DNA from: Glaucostegus cemiculus
Taxonomy: Eukaryota
Assembly (NCBI GenBank): GCA_976551045.1
Contig: CDPCPM010000073.1
Location: forward strand, 31,620,001-31,684,000
Direction of reading: 5' to 3'
Length of the DNA stretch: 64,000 bases
The position numbers and the translations under genes are program-made. Numbering within the stretch: the first letter of the stretch is position 1; the number at the start of each line of letters is the position of its first letter. The notes below the pieces were generated by a model. That model was not told where the DNA came from, searched no databases, and saw only the letters and a program-made list of their open reading frames with translations. Below are positions 24,988 through 36,489 of this stretch, in pieces.

Positions 24988-25575
24988 GTTAGAGTTACAC
25001 AGCATGGAAAACAGGGCCTTCGGTCCAACCTGTCTATGCTGACCAAGACATCTATACAACCTAGCCCCATTTGCCTGCGTTTAGTCCACATTCCTCTGAA
25101 CCTTGTCTATCCACGTACCTGTCCAAATGTCTCTAAAAGCCTCTACAGGCTCCTCCCTTTTAAAGCTTTCCCCCCTCACCTTAAATCAATGTCCTTTAGT
25201 TTTAGACTTTATGCTGGGAAAAAGACAGTGCCCACCCACCTTACCTATGCCCTCATGATTTTATATACCTCTACAAGGTCAGCCTTCACCCTCCTCTACT
25301 GCAAGGGAAAAAAAGTTGCAGTATATCCAGCATCTCCTTATAACTCAAGCTCTCCAGTTCCAATAAGATTCTCGTGATGCTTTACTGCACCCTTTACAGC
25401 TTTATGACATCCTTCCTACAGGCTGGCGACCAGAACTGCAGACAACACCCCAAGTGTGGCCTCACCAACGATTTGCACAGTTGTAATATGATATCCCAAC
25501 TCCTGCACTCAGTGACCTGATGAAGGCAAGCGTGCCAAACGCCTTCTTTCACCACCCTGCCTACCTGTGTCGCCA
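24988..25575 (-). mobile_element. CR1 LINE 3' fragment
   Basis: Peptide SWDIILQLCKSLVRPHLGCCLQFWSP..RKDVIKL; 3' end ttagagttacacagcatggaaaacagggccttcgg. Confidence 0.85.
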
Positions 25576-25622
25576 CAAATGTTGCCTGAGCCGCAGAGTA
25601 CCCCAAGCACATTGCTTATATT

Positions 25623-25737
25623 TCAGATTTCCAGCATCTACAGGTTGTCAACTGATAAATTTAACTCAATTCACTTGTGTACATCTCAGATTTCCAGCAT
25701 CTACAGTTTGTCAACTGACATAATTAACTCAATTCAC
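25623..25737. repeat. Two-copy tandem duplication, 52-nt core, period 63
   Basis: tcagatttccagcatctacag(g/t)ttgtcaactga...ttaactcaattcac at 25623-25674 and 25686-25737. Confidence 0.85.
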
Positions 25738-25899
25738 CACTATGATGGTGAACTTTGCCGTTTAAGGGAAGGAAAGCACGGGGATCTTGAATCCATGAGC
25801 TCTGGGGCAGACAGCGCAAGCAAAGCAATCGGCCCCTGTGCACCGGCTATAGCCAGCGACCAAATCCCAACCGTTATCCAGCACCCACCCCCCAGGTAA

Positions 25900-26200
25900 C
25901 TTTTCATTGTATTCCGCATCCTCTGGCCGCTGTGCTCTTGCCGGTGCTTCCTGCCCTTTCCCGCGACCGGGGGGAGGGGGGGGGATCAGGCACACTCACC
26001 AGCACCGCCCGCTCCGCCTCACTCGCGGCCGCCATCTCGCTCTGAAGGGCAAAGCGCCACACTTCCGTTCTCGGCGGTTAAATCATTCCCCCGCTGACGG
26101 GGTCCGGCCGCCGAGCGAGCGCACAGCAACGTTCCCCCCTGCAGGAAAGGCGGAGCTGCAGACCTGGGGGAAAGGGAAAATGCACCCTGCCGAAACTTTG
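25900..26200 (-). promoter_or_regulatory. CpG-island promoter of ROGDI
   Basis: The only CpG-dense GC-rich stretch in the window; YY1-like GAGATGGCGGC over the ATG; ETS-like ACGGAAGTG at 26068-26060; no TATA box seen. Confidence 0.8.
26000..26035 (-). CDS. ROGDI: ROGDI exon 1 coding part (MAAASEAERAVL)
   Basis: gagATGG Kozak context, donor gtgagt. Confidence 0.95.
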
Positions 26201-26310
26201 AGGCCACTGAGATTTTGATACAATATCTTCTTGGGCCTGAATTGAAAATAAAGATTAGAAACAAAAAAAAATAGAAAATGCCATATTCAACTGACCAGGC
26301 AGCATCAATG

Positions 26311-26331
26311 GAGAGAGAGAGAGAGAGAGAG
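26311..26331. repeat. (GA)n microsatellite inside a Penelope-LTR-derived remnant
   Basis: About 10 GA units following aggcagcatcaatgg. Confidence 0.8.
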
Positions 26332-26524
26332 TCAAGGTTTTAGGTTTCTCTCTCCACTGAGAATCCATGGGGGCGTCTCACTCTTCTGTATCTGCTCATC
26401 TGTCGGGGTTAAGTCTTGTACTGGAAGCCAGTTCAGGTCAGCCAGACCTGAAGTGAGAGTAGGTGAAGAATGAGAGGCTGATGGAATGGATGTATTGAGA
26501 CTGTTGGACATGGAGGTAAATAAA

Positions 26525-26632
26525 ATAGAAGGCTATGGCTATGGGTAAGCCTAATAGTGTGGGGGACATGTTCAGCACAGCTTTGTGGGCCGAAGGGGCT
26601 GAACTGTGCTGTAGGTATCTATGTTCTATGCT
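26525..26632 (+). mobile_element. CR1 3' tail
   Basis: gcacagctttgtgggccgaaggggctgaactgtgctgtaggtatctatgttctatg. Confidence 0.65.
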
Positions 26633-27494
26633 GCATGAACAGCAGAAGAACAGAGACAACTTTGCCCTCAGTTAGTGTGCAGACCATGAGCTGAATTACC
26701 TCATATGCTGTAAAAACAAGGTGATTATTAAATAAGATTCTAGCAGCTACAGTCTCATGCTAAAAGTTTGAGGATTTACCTCTGAGGGGTTGTTAGAAGA
26801 AATTTGACAAATAGTTATTTTTTATTAGTAGATTTTATTCAGATGAGTTGAGGAAACATCATGGAGCAGCCCCGTCCACCCATCTTAATCTACTAGTACC
26901 AAACACAGTGACGCACGAGTAAACTGCCAAAATGCTTCGACTTCAGTTCTGCAGGGTTTAAATGGCTGAGGCCACTGAAGCAGCAGTGGTAACAGCTCAA
27001 GATGAGCAGTAGTACGAGAGGTTGCATGCTATTCTTGCGATGGTGGGTGGGTGGGTGGGTGGGAGGGGGGTTTGGTTCAAGAGGCATCCCGGCTGCTCCT
27101 TCATTATGAGCTGTCATGGACTGGGGATTCCCACAAGTCGATGGGGCTGTTACACCTCAAAGATGCTCTTACAGCCTCTTTAGACTAGTTTTCTGTCTTC
27201 CCGGTAATATTTGTGTCCTTAACATAAGAGTAGTTTAAAAACAAATCAGTCAGCAGGAAAATTAATCGCACCCATTAAGAAATTAGCACATCCATCGAAT
27301 TAAAATTTTCCAATAATAGCAGTACAAGAGATAGATGGTTACAATTATAGTACACACAACCAGAGAATGCAACAGAATAAAGGCATATGTAAGAAAATAC
27401 ATTGTGATGTATTCAGATATGTTTCTTAATACCTTTATCTAATTCCATTGTGCAAGACGGCATTTGTATCGGCATTGTGCAAGACGGCATTTGT

Positions 27495-27942
27495 ACCCCT
27501 CCCACCACCTCTTCACAATTTTGCCATCAGGGAGGAGGCTTAAATGTATCAGGGCAAGAACGACCAGGCTGAACAATAGCTTCTTTCCGCAAGCCATCAG
27601 AACTGCAAACTCTCTCATCCCTCCATCTTCCTTTGTTAACACTAAGAGATGCTAGGTGCACAGAAATGCACCAGCACTTTAAATGCCCGACTCCAGCCCG
27701 TTCACTTTAATAACTATTTATTTATTTACTGGCCATTTTTAATTTAATCTGCGTAATAATTTAATTTTAATCTCCATAGCTTCTAATGTGTAATGTTTTG
27801 TACTGTGTATTCTGCCAAGTGTGTATGTGTCTCTCTGTTGGTTGTTATGTTATTTTTATGGGACAAGCACCTGAAGAGGACAGTATCTCGCTCCTATGCA
27901 TACTATGTATGTATATGGTTGTGACAATAAAACTGATTCTGA
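27495..27942 (+). mobile_element. Rex1/Babar LINE, 5'-truncated copy
   Basis: Near-identical to 43855-44304; peptide PSHHLFTILPSGRRLKCIRARTTRLNNSFFPQAIR; ends gtgacaataaaactgattctga. Confidence 0.9.
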
Positions 27943-29031
27943 AGTACTCTGACAGAGAACCATACTGCATATTCAACAGAATGACAAATGATTTCAAAAG
28001 CAAGTTCTGGAGACAAATGATGGAATTTTTTGGTGCCAGCGAGATACAATGTTTGATTAAGTGTCCTTGTGCATGAAAAAGTACTTGACTTAATAACATA
28101 ATTAGATATAAATAGTAAAATCTGGAACAAGGTCAACTGTTTGATCTTACTTAAATGCAATCTTTCATCTGTTGCATTTCCCTGTGTTCCAGGTTTGTAA
28201 GTCAGCCCCTAAAATAAACCCCGTTTCCAACATTCTCAACATGCCAAATATTCTCATAACTGCAAATCATACAAGACCTGACATGGATTCGGCTTCAATT
28301 TCTCCTCCTGTCTATCCTACAAGGGACTAAATGGCCACTTTCTGATGCTAATTTCCTGTTGTTCTTTCCTCTCAACAAATCACTGTCAAGCAGTTTGCCT
28401 TTTCTCCATCACCAAAAAGAATGTGGGGACCTGAAAAAAAAATCTGGAAAACTACCTCCTATTTTATACTGCAACCCTGCTGAGTATTGAATTTCCCCAT
28501 TTCATTTCTTTCTCATGTTGCTTCCAAATTTATTCCCAAGTCTGATGGCTTTTCTCATCTTGTAATTCCACTCGATAGTCACAGGATCCTTGCTGACCAT
28601 TGAGAGAGTTTTCTAGATATTTATGTTTAAAGTAAGTATCTCCACAACCCAAGCCACATCTTTCTACAATCTACAGTTGTGTTCCCCCAAATAGGTCTGT
28701 AGTCATTCACAATGGTGATAAATAATACAAACTTTTCTGAACTTTTTAAACATAAGACACCACTTATAATTTCAGTACTGCATATGCAAGCTTTGTGTAG
28801 CAGATAATCACAACTGATCCAGCAACAGATTACATCTACAACTCCTATGTTCAAAATAACCTGTGAGAACAAAATCAACCTAACTGCTATTAGAAAATTT
28901 AAGTACTCAAAAGAGCAAATGACACAGGATGAGCTTTGATTTAGCCTTTGCTCAAAAAAAACAATCACATCATTTGTATATCAAAATAAAATGCAGACAA
29001 TTACAAATCAGTTTCCTGAATAAGAACCGCT

Positions 29032-29037
29032 TTTATT
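29032..29037 (-). terminator. Candidate distal poly(A) signal of GLYR1
   Basis: AATAAA on - followed by a U/GU-rich tract (tgatttgtaattgtctgcattttattttg); ends a ~3-kb stretch with no repeats I could recognise. Confidence 0.5.
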
Positions 29038-31978
29038 GACCAAGCTAGACTGAAACTTATTTAAAAAAAATATCCACTACACTTTCAAACACTCATTTGA
29101 CAAATTTTATACAATTGTGTACATAACAAAATAGTTATGGATCCATAAAAATAGCCAATTTCTGCAATATCGATCTTAAAATGAAATACCATAAGCGGTA
29201 TAAAAATGCAATGATTGGATAGTGTAGATTTGATGCAATTTAAATTCAGGCTACAAAGAGCAAGAGAAAGGTACAATAAATTCACAAAAATATCACAGTT
29301 TGCGTACACATGTTCATTACAGAATTTAGATACTATCTGTAGCCATTTATTCAAAACCTTTGCAGAAGGCTAGCCAGTGATAACTAACAAATTAACTGCT
29401 ATTTCTCCGAAGGTTTATATTCTCCAGATTTGTGCAAATAATCTTGATGCCAATCCTACCCAATTGATTTTAAATGAATATTAATAGGTGAAGATGATGT
29501 CATTCAGTCATGGAGTGTGTTTCCAGGTAGTTTTAAAATTACTATAGTTAAAGTTATTTTTGTGAAACTATAGCACTAGATATGCACCATTCTCTATCAC
29601 AGACACAGATCACTCAGCATTGCAAGGCAATCCTTTAATAACTCAAGTAAACAACCTTTGATGCAAAGTGGAAGCACAATGGTTCGTGCAAGAAAACTAT
29701 TCAGGAATCATTACCCACATCACAATTAAATAAATTCTCTCCGAATGTTAAGTTATAACACAGAAATATGATCAAAAAGGCCATTAATGATTGTTAGCCT
29801 ATATTTTAATGTGACTTGAAATCAAGTTCCCATATTTCTGAAATATCAAATAAAGGAATGACTTCAGAGCATCATTACAATTCAAAGTGGTTCTATTCAC
29901 AATCTTTAATGCACTCATGATGTACTGTAGTCTCATGACCCTTGACATGCTGCCACAAAATGTTTGCTTGAACAAAAGCTGGTACAGCCTTCCAAATGAT
30001 GAACTGTGCCATTACCCAATTTCTTTTCATTTAAAAATGGAAGTCTTTTATTAACCTCGCACAGCCCCAGCAAGTTAAAGATATTTTTGCCACTTGTATG
30101 ATCAGTCCAACCTAATAATCACTTCCACAAAAACCCCAATCCACATTTGAGGTAATCATACTTTTTCCACATGGCCTGTTTTTGTGTACAACACTTCTCT
30201 CAAAGACTTCCAACTTGATAACTGACAGAAGTTGAAACCCTGGGTTGGAGACTAGTCCCAAAACATTATTGTTGTGAAAAGTACCACAATAAAGCTATCA
30301 AAAAGTTCCATTCTCACTACATGAGAGAGTAGACTCTTACTTCAGAGCATGCAAGATAGAGTATGCATAAAGGCAAAAGTTATTCTTTGATGGCAAGAGA
30401 TGTTCCTGTAAATTGTTTCACGGGCAGGAGCTAAACCATTGCCATACAGCTATCACCCCAGTGGGTTGCTAACAATCAGGGATGTGCATGCAATTTAGAT
30501 GTCATTTCCCCCCCCCCCCCCCCCCCAATTTTTGTCTCCCTTGTTTCAATTAGAAATCTAGGGCTAAATTCCAATCCTACCTAGCTGCTTTACGTAAAAT
30601 GTTAAAAGCAGCTTAATGGAGTACGACCTACCTTTAGGTTCAATATTAACATGGTCATGTTGAAGACTTGACCATCTTGCTTTGGTGTAGCCAAAAGTGA
30701 TCACATGCTTTTCAGTAAAGTGACCAATATTACATTCCATACCTACTTCATGCAACAGAAAGAACGCGGTAACATAAAAGCAATTAAAAGTAGCTGGTGT
30801 CACACTCAATTTGCATTCCCAAGTAGCATCTACATCAGCTCAAAGACCCACGGTTATGAACCAAAAACACTGACATGTTTGCATAAATATTTTAATATCA
30901 GTTTTTGGGCAAGAGAAAGATTGCATTCAAACCAAGAAAGATAAATAAATATAAGGTTAAAAAAAACACAAGTTTAGGTTGAGTAGGACTATGCATGGAA
31001 AATAGATGAGATATTAAAAATACTAAACAATTAAAGAAATTTACTCAAACTTCTTCTGCACATATTGCCATTTTAATAGCCTAAACTTTCTTAATGGGTC
31101 CCTCAACATTTGAGACTGAGGAAAATAAACTGTGATCAAACCTGATCACAAAAATCATTAAAAGCACTACTGAGCACTGCACAAAGGGATGGCCACTTGC
31201 AAGGCAGCAACATTTTTTATTTCCTTTGGAAAACTTAGTCAAGTCACAAAAATATCAGGTAAGATTTTGTTTTGAAATGCACCAAACAAAAACAAAATCA
31301 TTGCATGCAAAACACTGTTGGTCACAATTGGACTTACAGTCTTGTTCAAAAACTGTGCAATCTTTCTTTTTTTTCTTGTTTGAGCAAATCTTTTCTTCTA
31401 GAGAATGAATCACATGGGAAACTTTAAGCAGGACACCAGTAAAGGTTTCATTTTGTACCAGATAGCAATACCAGACATTTTAAAATATACACAACATACA
31501 CTGGTATTGCCTAGGTTACCAGAGTACATCATCCATTGTAGTATCCCCACTATACAGGACTGAAATTGCTTAAGTATTCCACTTTTCTCTCCATACTCCT
31601 GATATTCTTTCATGAGTTTTGCACATCTGTCACTCATTACATAGTGTACAATAGTGTTGATGGTAACATGCAGTACCAGCTTGGAGTTTGTATCAACATT
31701 TATATCAGGAGGTACTTAACCAAACCAATAAAAACAATTGCAAGGGATTAACACCAGCATAGACCTTTGTCAGCTACCCATTATTCCATAAGTAAACTTC
31801 TTATACCATCTTAACAAAATTATAACAAAGAAAAGCAGCAGATGGTTGGCACACACTCATTTCAGTCTCAAGAAGTGCCATGTCAGTGCATTTATGAGAT
31901 TTGGCTGGGTATAGGCCATTTGATCCTCAAATCACCAGAGGAACATATTTACAATGGCCAGTATGGAAAAGTAAAGCA

Positions 31979-31984
31979 TTTATT
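31979..31984 (-). terminator. Candidate proximal poly(A) signal of GLYR1
   Basis: AATAAA on -, about 65 nt after the stop codon. Confidence 0.35.
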
Positions 31985-32049
31985 GAAACATGAAAATCAA
32001 ATTAAATGGCCCCAAAATTTTAAAAGAAATGATTAAAAGATGATAGCGG

Positions 32050-32124
32050 TCACTGGTTGCAGGCTAAATATACTGCAGACATATCATTTTCAGATTGGTC
32101 CAAGGCCTTTGCTTTCTTAAACAC
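32050..32124 (-). CDS. GLYR1: GLYR1 exon 16 (VFKKAKALDQSENDMSAVYLACNQ*)
   Basis: 75 nt, tag acceptor, TGA at 32052-32050. Confidence 0.95.
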   Translation of the reverse strand: MFKKAKALDQSENDMSAVYLACNQ

Positions 32125-32654
32125 CTAGAAGAAAAACAAGAGATTGAAATTAATGTTAAAACTGAAAAGAGCAGTATCCCAAAAATTCTCTCAAACAAAT
32201 TTTCAAACTATCATCTGGGAATAACACTAAGAGGCCACAAGGAATTTGGAAGAAAATCACTGCACTACTTTCAAATACTGTATTAAATCAGCCTCAAAAT
32301 AGCACAACACTTCGGTACAAAGCAAGTTCGTTCTTAAATCCCATTGAGATGAGGAATATGTAAAATTCAAGTTTGCTTTTATCAGGCAGTGAGCATTGTG
32401 CCAACTGCTTATTGTAGGTTGAAGTACAGAGAAATACTGCCAGATTAATAAACACAATTTATGATGCATTCAGTTCAGACCATTAATACTTCTGTTCAAC
32501 AAGATAGTATTGCCTCTTCAGATCACCAGCATTTTCAGATGCTTGGAGATAGTCTGAATGGTAATAAAAATCTTAAAAAATCATCACCTAACTGAAACCA
32601 TATTAACCAATTTGGTTCACAAAAAAATCAGGGCGTAACATGTCTGGAACTTAC

Positions 32655-32779
32655 TTCATTGGCTGCAGCAGCCATTGGAGTTGAATGATTGACAGAATCA
32701 CCCATAGCAATGGCTAACCTGAGGTCCTTTTGTATATGTTTCAACAAGAAGTCAGGCTTGAAGTTTCCCTGTAAAATAC
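32655..32779 (-). CDS. GLYR1: GLYR1 exon 15 ([41 protein letters not shown])
   Basis: 125 nt, cag / gtaagt. Confidence 0.96.
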
Positions 32780-34275
32780 CTGATAATGAGAGCATCACAA
32801 GTGGGTAAATTGTTTTGGAAGTCAATTATCCTTACATGTAATAGTCATTAAAGCATGGTTGCAATGGGTGTAAAAAGATCAATGATGCCATTAAAATTTA
32901 AGAGAAACTACACGTTTGGATTATAGAGATAGATTTTGCCTGTAAATTTACAGAAACATTAAGTACGAGTTACTGATTTAACAGTACACGTGCTCATAAG
33001 AAACTCCTAGCTTCTCCTGCATTCCCTTGTGACCAGCCATATAACATTCCCATCCACCATACAGTATATACCAATTTTATTTTACAGGCATAAATAGTAA
33101 CTTTGTCAAACCAAAATTAAGCACAAAGTCATCTTCAAGCCTGTGTTCATGCAGTGGTGGATGTAACTCTTTGCAGCTTATTGCAAAAGCATCACCTTGC
33201 ACACCAGTTGTTTCATACAGATCTAGTGAATTTGGTTTCAAAAGTTTAAAGCTGTTAGCAAGTTTATGCAAGTAAACTGTCCAGTGGCTTCACAGATTAA
33301 ACATTCTCACCCTTGGGTGACTTATACAGGTTAAACATCGAAAAGTAAGTTGTCATAATCAGTTCCAGGCAAGAACCCATTAGAGCCATTCTTCAAGAGG
33401 GATGAAAAGGGATGCGTTCCTGGATAATATTTTGCAAGCCAAATTTTGTAAACTGTAAAGGCTTGGCGAAATACATCATGAACATTTTGCTAGTGTATTC
33501 CTATGCACAGAATGGCATGCTGTTCTTTACAAAAGACAGCTTAATAAATCTAATATATGTAACCCAAAGAGTCAGTGGGACTATAGCAAAAATTCTTAAA
33601 TCAAATAATCACTAATTGAGGAATCACTATTTTCCTGGTGCAGGCATAATTATACCAATTATCAACAGTAATTAGTGTGCTGCACTAACATTTCCACTGT
33701 TTAAAAAAATACAGACATTTGTAAATTCCAATACTAATCAAAGCAGGCAAACCTCATCAATACTAAGGTTTGGATAGTCATAGTTAGTGAGAGATTCTTA
33801 GCCCAAATACAACTCTTCAAAACTTGTTACAATTCCACATACAGCACCTAAAGGAGCTCTCATCCTGCATAACAGGATCATGGATATCATTGTCCTTGCT
33901 GCAATAATTAGAAGCAAGCAGAATAAGTTTGAAATAATTGTACAAAATGGGTAGAAATTATACAAGTACTAATAAATAATACCTACTATCTGTGATATAA
34001 ATCAATTAACGCAAATTTTCAGGAGCATTTATTTCCCTGCCACCCCCACCCCCCAAAAACATCTCAATTTCTATAGCTTATGTACGAAATCAGTTAAGGC
34101 AAGAAAACTCTGCCTATGGTCAAAGTCTCTCAGATAGGAATTCTCAATTTGCTTACCAAAGCACATTTGCATTGGAAAATTAAATTCAGCTTAACATAAT
34201 GTTAATGATATTTCAGACAAAAAAAAAACCCTTGCCCTTTAACCAATACCACTAAAAATTTCAAAAGTTAGTTAC

Positions 34276-34455
34276 TTTGGCACTTCTGGTCCAAAAAAGT
34301 ACACGCTAAAGGTCCTTGACTGAGGATGTAAAGCAAAACTTCTTGCGACTGGTTGGCTATTTTAGCCAATGTAAATCCTTCTGCTACAGAAGCCATGAAA
34401 CTGCCCAGGATCATATTTACAATCAGCATCATTTTCGAGGCATTGCCCACCTCTC
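34276..34455 (-). CDS. GLYR1: GLYR1 exon 14 ([19 protein letters not shown]...FLDQKCQ)
   Basis: 180 nt, cag / gtaact. Confidence 0.96.
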
Positions 34456-35193
34456 CTGAAAAAGAAAAATCATTTAGGCTGGTCATTCACGTGTTCCATA
34501 CATTTCTGAAAGTAGTACTCTCATAATAAAATGTATGCAACTTGATGAGATTGTCGTTAGCCACAAAACTATTAAGGAAATGAAATATGTAATTTGGGCA
34601 ATAGCAAGACGAGAGGTGCCATTTCAGAAAACAAGTCTTCCCATTGGGATTGTCTTATTCTTTCCCTTGTTTTTTTCTTCTTCCCCCTCCCCTCCCAAAC
34701 ATACACATTTAAATTTTTAAATGCCAAATGCCAACTGTTATTATTTTGTGCATGGCTGAATGTTATCAAGTTGTGAGGAATGAACATGCAACATTATAGA
34801 TCATTAACTTCTTACAAGCAGAACATTTCTTTTGGGGTAAATGTCATGGGGCAGTGGCTTTTCATGGCCAGTTATATTATCTGTACCATACACAATATAT
34901 ACAGATGGAGATGGCAAAATATAAAATCTGAAGACCAGGTTCATCAATGCTTTAAACATATTTTTTAAAATTCAGTAACTGAGACGCCAACTAATGCTCT
35001 GTTGCAAAATAAATTAACAAATTTGATGGAATGTCATTTGGCTTCCTATCAAATATATTTTATAGACTGCATAACTGAATTTACCACGGAGTAAGTCTGC
35101 CATTCCACCTGGCAAAAACAAAAATCCCCGGTAAGTAATCCAAAAATATTTTCAAGGAGAAATAATTGGAGGATTCTAATAGCACAGACCTAC

Positions 35194-35356
35194 CCAAATA
35201 GAAAGACTTCTTCCCCATGGCCTGAAAACAGCTGCTACAATCATCAAACAAAGCCTTATCTCCAGCTGCAAGGATGACCAGCATTCCATTTTCCGATAGC
35301 TGCCGATTCCCTGAGACTGGTGCTTCGAGAAAGCGCCCCCCTCTGGAAGTGATCAC
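35194..35356 (-). CDS. GLYR1: GLYR1 exon 13 ([16 protein letters not shown]...AMGKKSFYL)
   Basis: 163 nt, tag / gtaggt. Confidence 0.96.
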
Positions 35357-36489
35357 CTATGTAACAGAGTAACCATTACAGATCAGTCCTGGCTACTGTG
35401 CCTAGAGAGTACCCTAGGTAAGACCCAAACTTTAGATCTTAACGAAGCACCAGACACAGCACTGGAATCAGAGAATTGGGACGCAGCACTAACTGAAGTG
35501 CCAGTCAAGGGATGAGTAACCTACTCTGCAAATTTAGCCAGCAAGCTGAAACGGCACACTTGAGGTCTTTAAGGCCATGTCCAATGAAAATTTTTAAAAC
35601 GAAGATATCTTAACATTCACTTTATGCAATTGTAATTCCTGGTATGACATCTCCACCTTATCAACTAAATATTTAAAAATGTTTATATAATATTCATGCA
35701 TATTTTCTCCTTCTTTAATTAAAATGCTGTTTGATTTGAATTGCACCACATCCCATCAATTCTGTCATAGCACCCTCATTCACTTTCCAGGAAGTGTTAT
35801 GGAGAACGATTAAGAATAGCAATTCTTAACAATTGCTAAGTTCTGCTAAGTTGAACTGTTAAGTTGAACCTCTCCAAACATACAAACTAAACCCTGTTGT
35901 TCCATATTTTTGCTCCTTCAACTTAACTAATTCAACACATACCAACTCTCAAATATTCAACTAGAACTGCATAGGATCAACCAAATGATGCACTTGCCAA
36001 GTGAACTGCTGAATTTAGCTTACTTCACTTTTTATATAAATATTTTGTTTCAAGTACTGTGTTAACAGAATAGAGCAAACTAACAGGAAACCACTCAAAC
36101 CAAACTAGAAGCTAAGGTCAAGAGCACAAAGTCTTCCCTGAAAAATTAGAAAGAAATTCACAAGCAAACAATAGAGGAAGAAAATTTAGGTTAAACCAAC
36201 AGATTAAATTGTACGGAGCTACAGGTTCTGGAAAGAGACTGAAACCAAATACAAGGAAAGTATTGATGTTCTCAGAAGGACAATGAAGCACAATGTTAGG
36301 AAAGGTACTGGACCACTGAAACAAAGCTCCAGCATCTACAGTATTGAATGAGATTAACTATTACTGGTCTTCAGGGCCTGACATCCAATTCAACCAAGAC
36401 ACAACAGAGATTTGGGCTAGTGATGCATCAACCACGCAACCAACTGGCCATGTATAAATTATGAATTTCTAGAAGCTGCTTTGAATTAC

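Larger units (their letters stand above)
7928..26035 (-). other. ROGDI: ROGDI gene span (11 coding exons, 284 aa; Rabconnectin-3-associated atypical leucine zipper protein)
   Basis: All 11 exons found with GT-AG sites and matching phases; peptide follows human ROGDI as recalled, from MAAASEAERAVL to ISVFSNYWNFKPY*. Confidence 0.97.

Noticed and set aside
25517-25541. ctgatgaaggcaagcgtgccaaac hammerhead-like string
   Set aside because: It is the antisense of CR1 ORF2 coding sequence and lacks the G of GAAA
25907-26218. 103-aa plus-strand ORF over the CpG island
   Set aside because: Stop-poor GC-rich sequence antisense to ROGDI exon 1, non-ATG start, no protein-like features
32050-32064. C-terminal ACNQ as a prenylation signal
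   Set aside because: Cys is third from the end, so it does not fit CaaX
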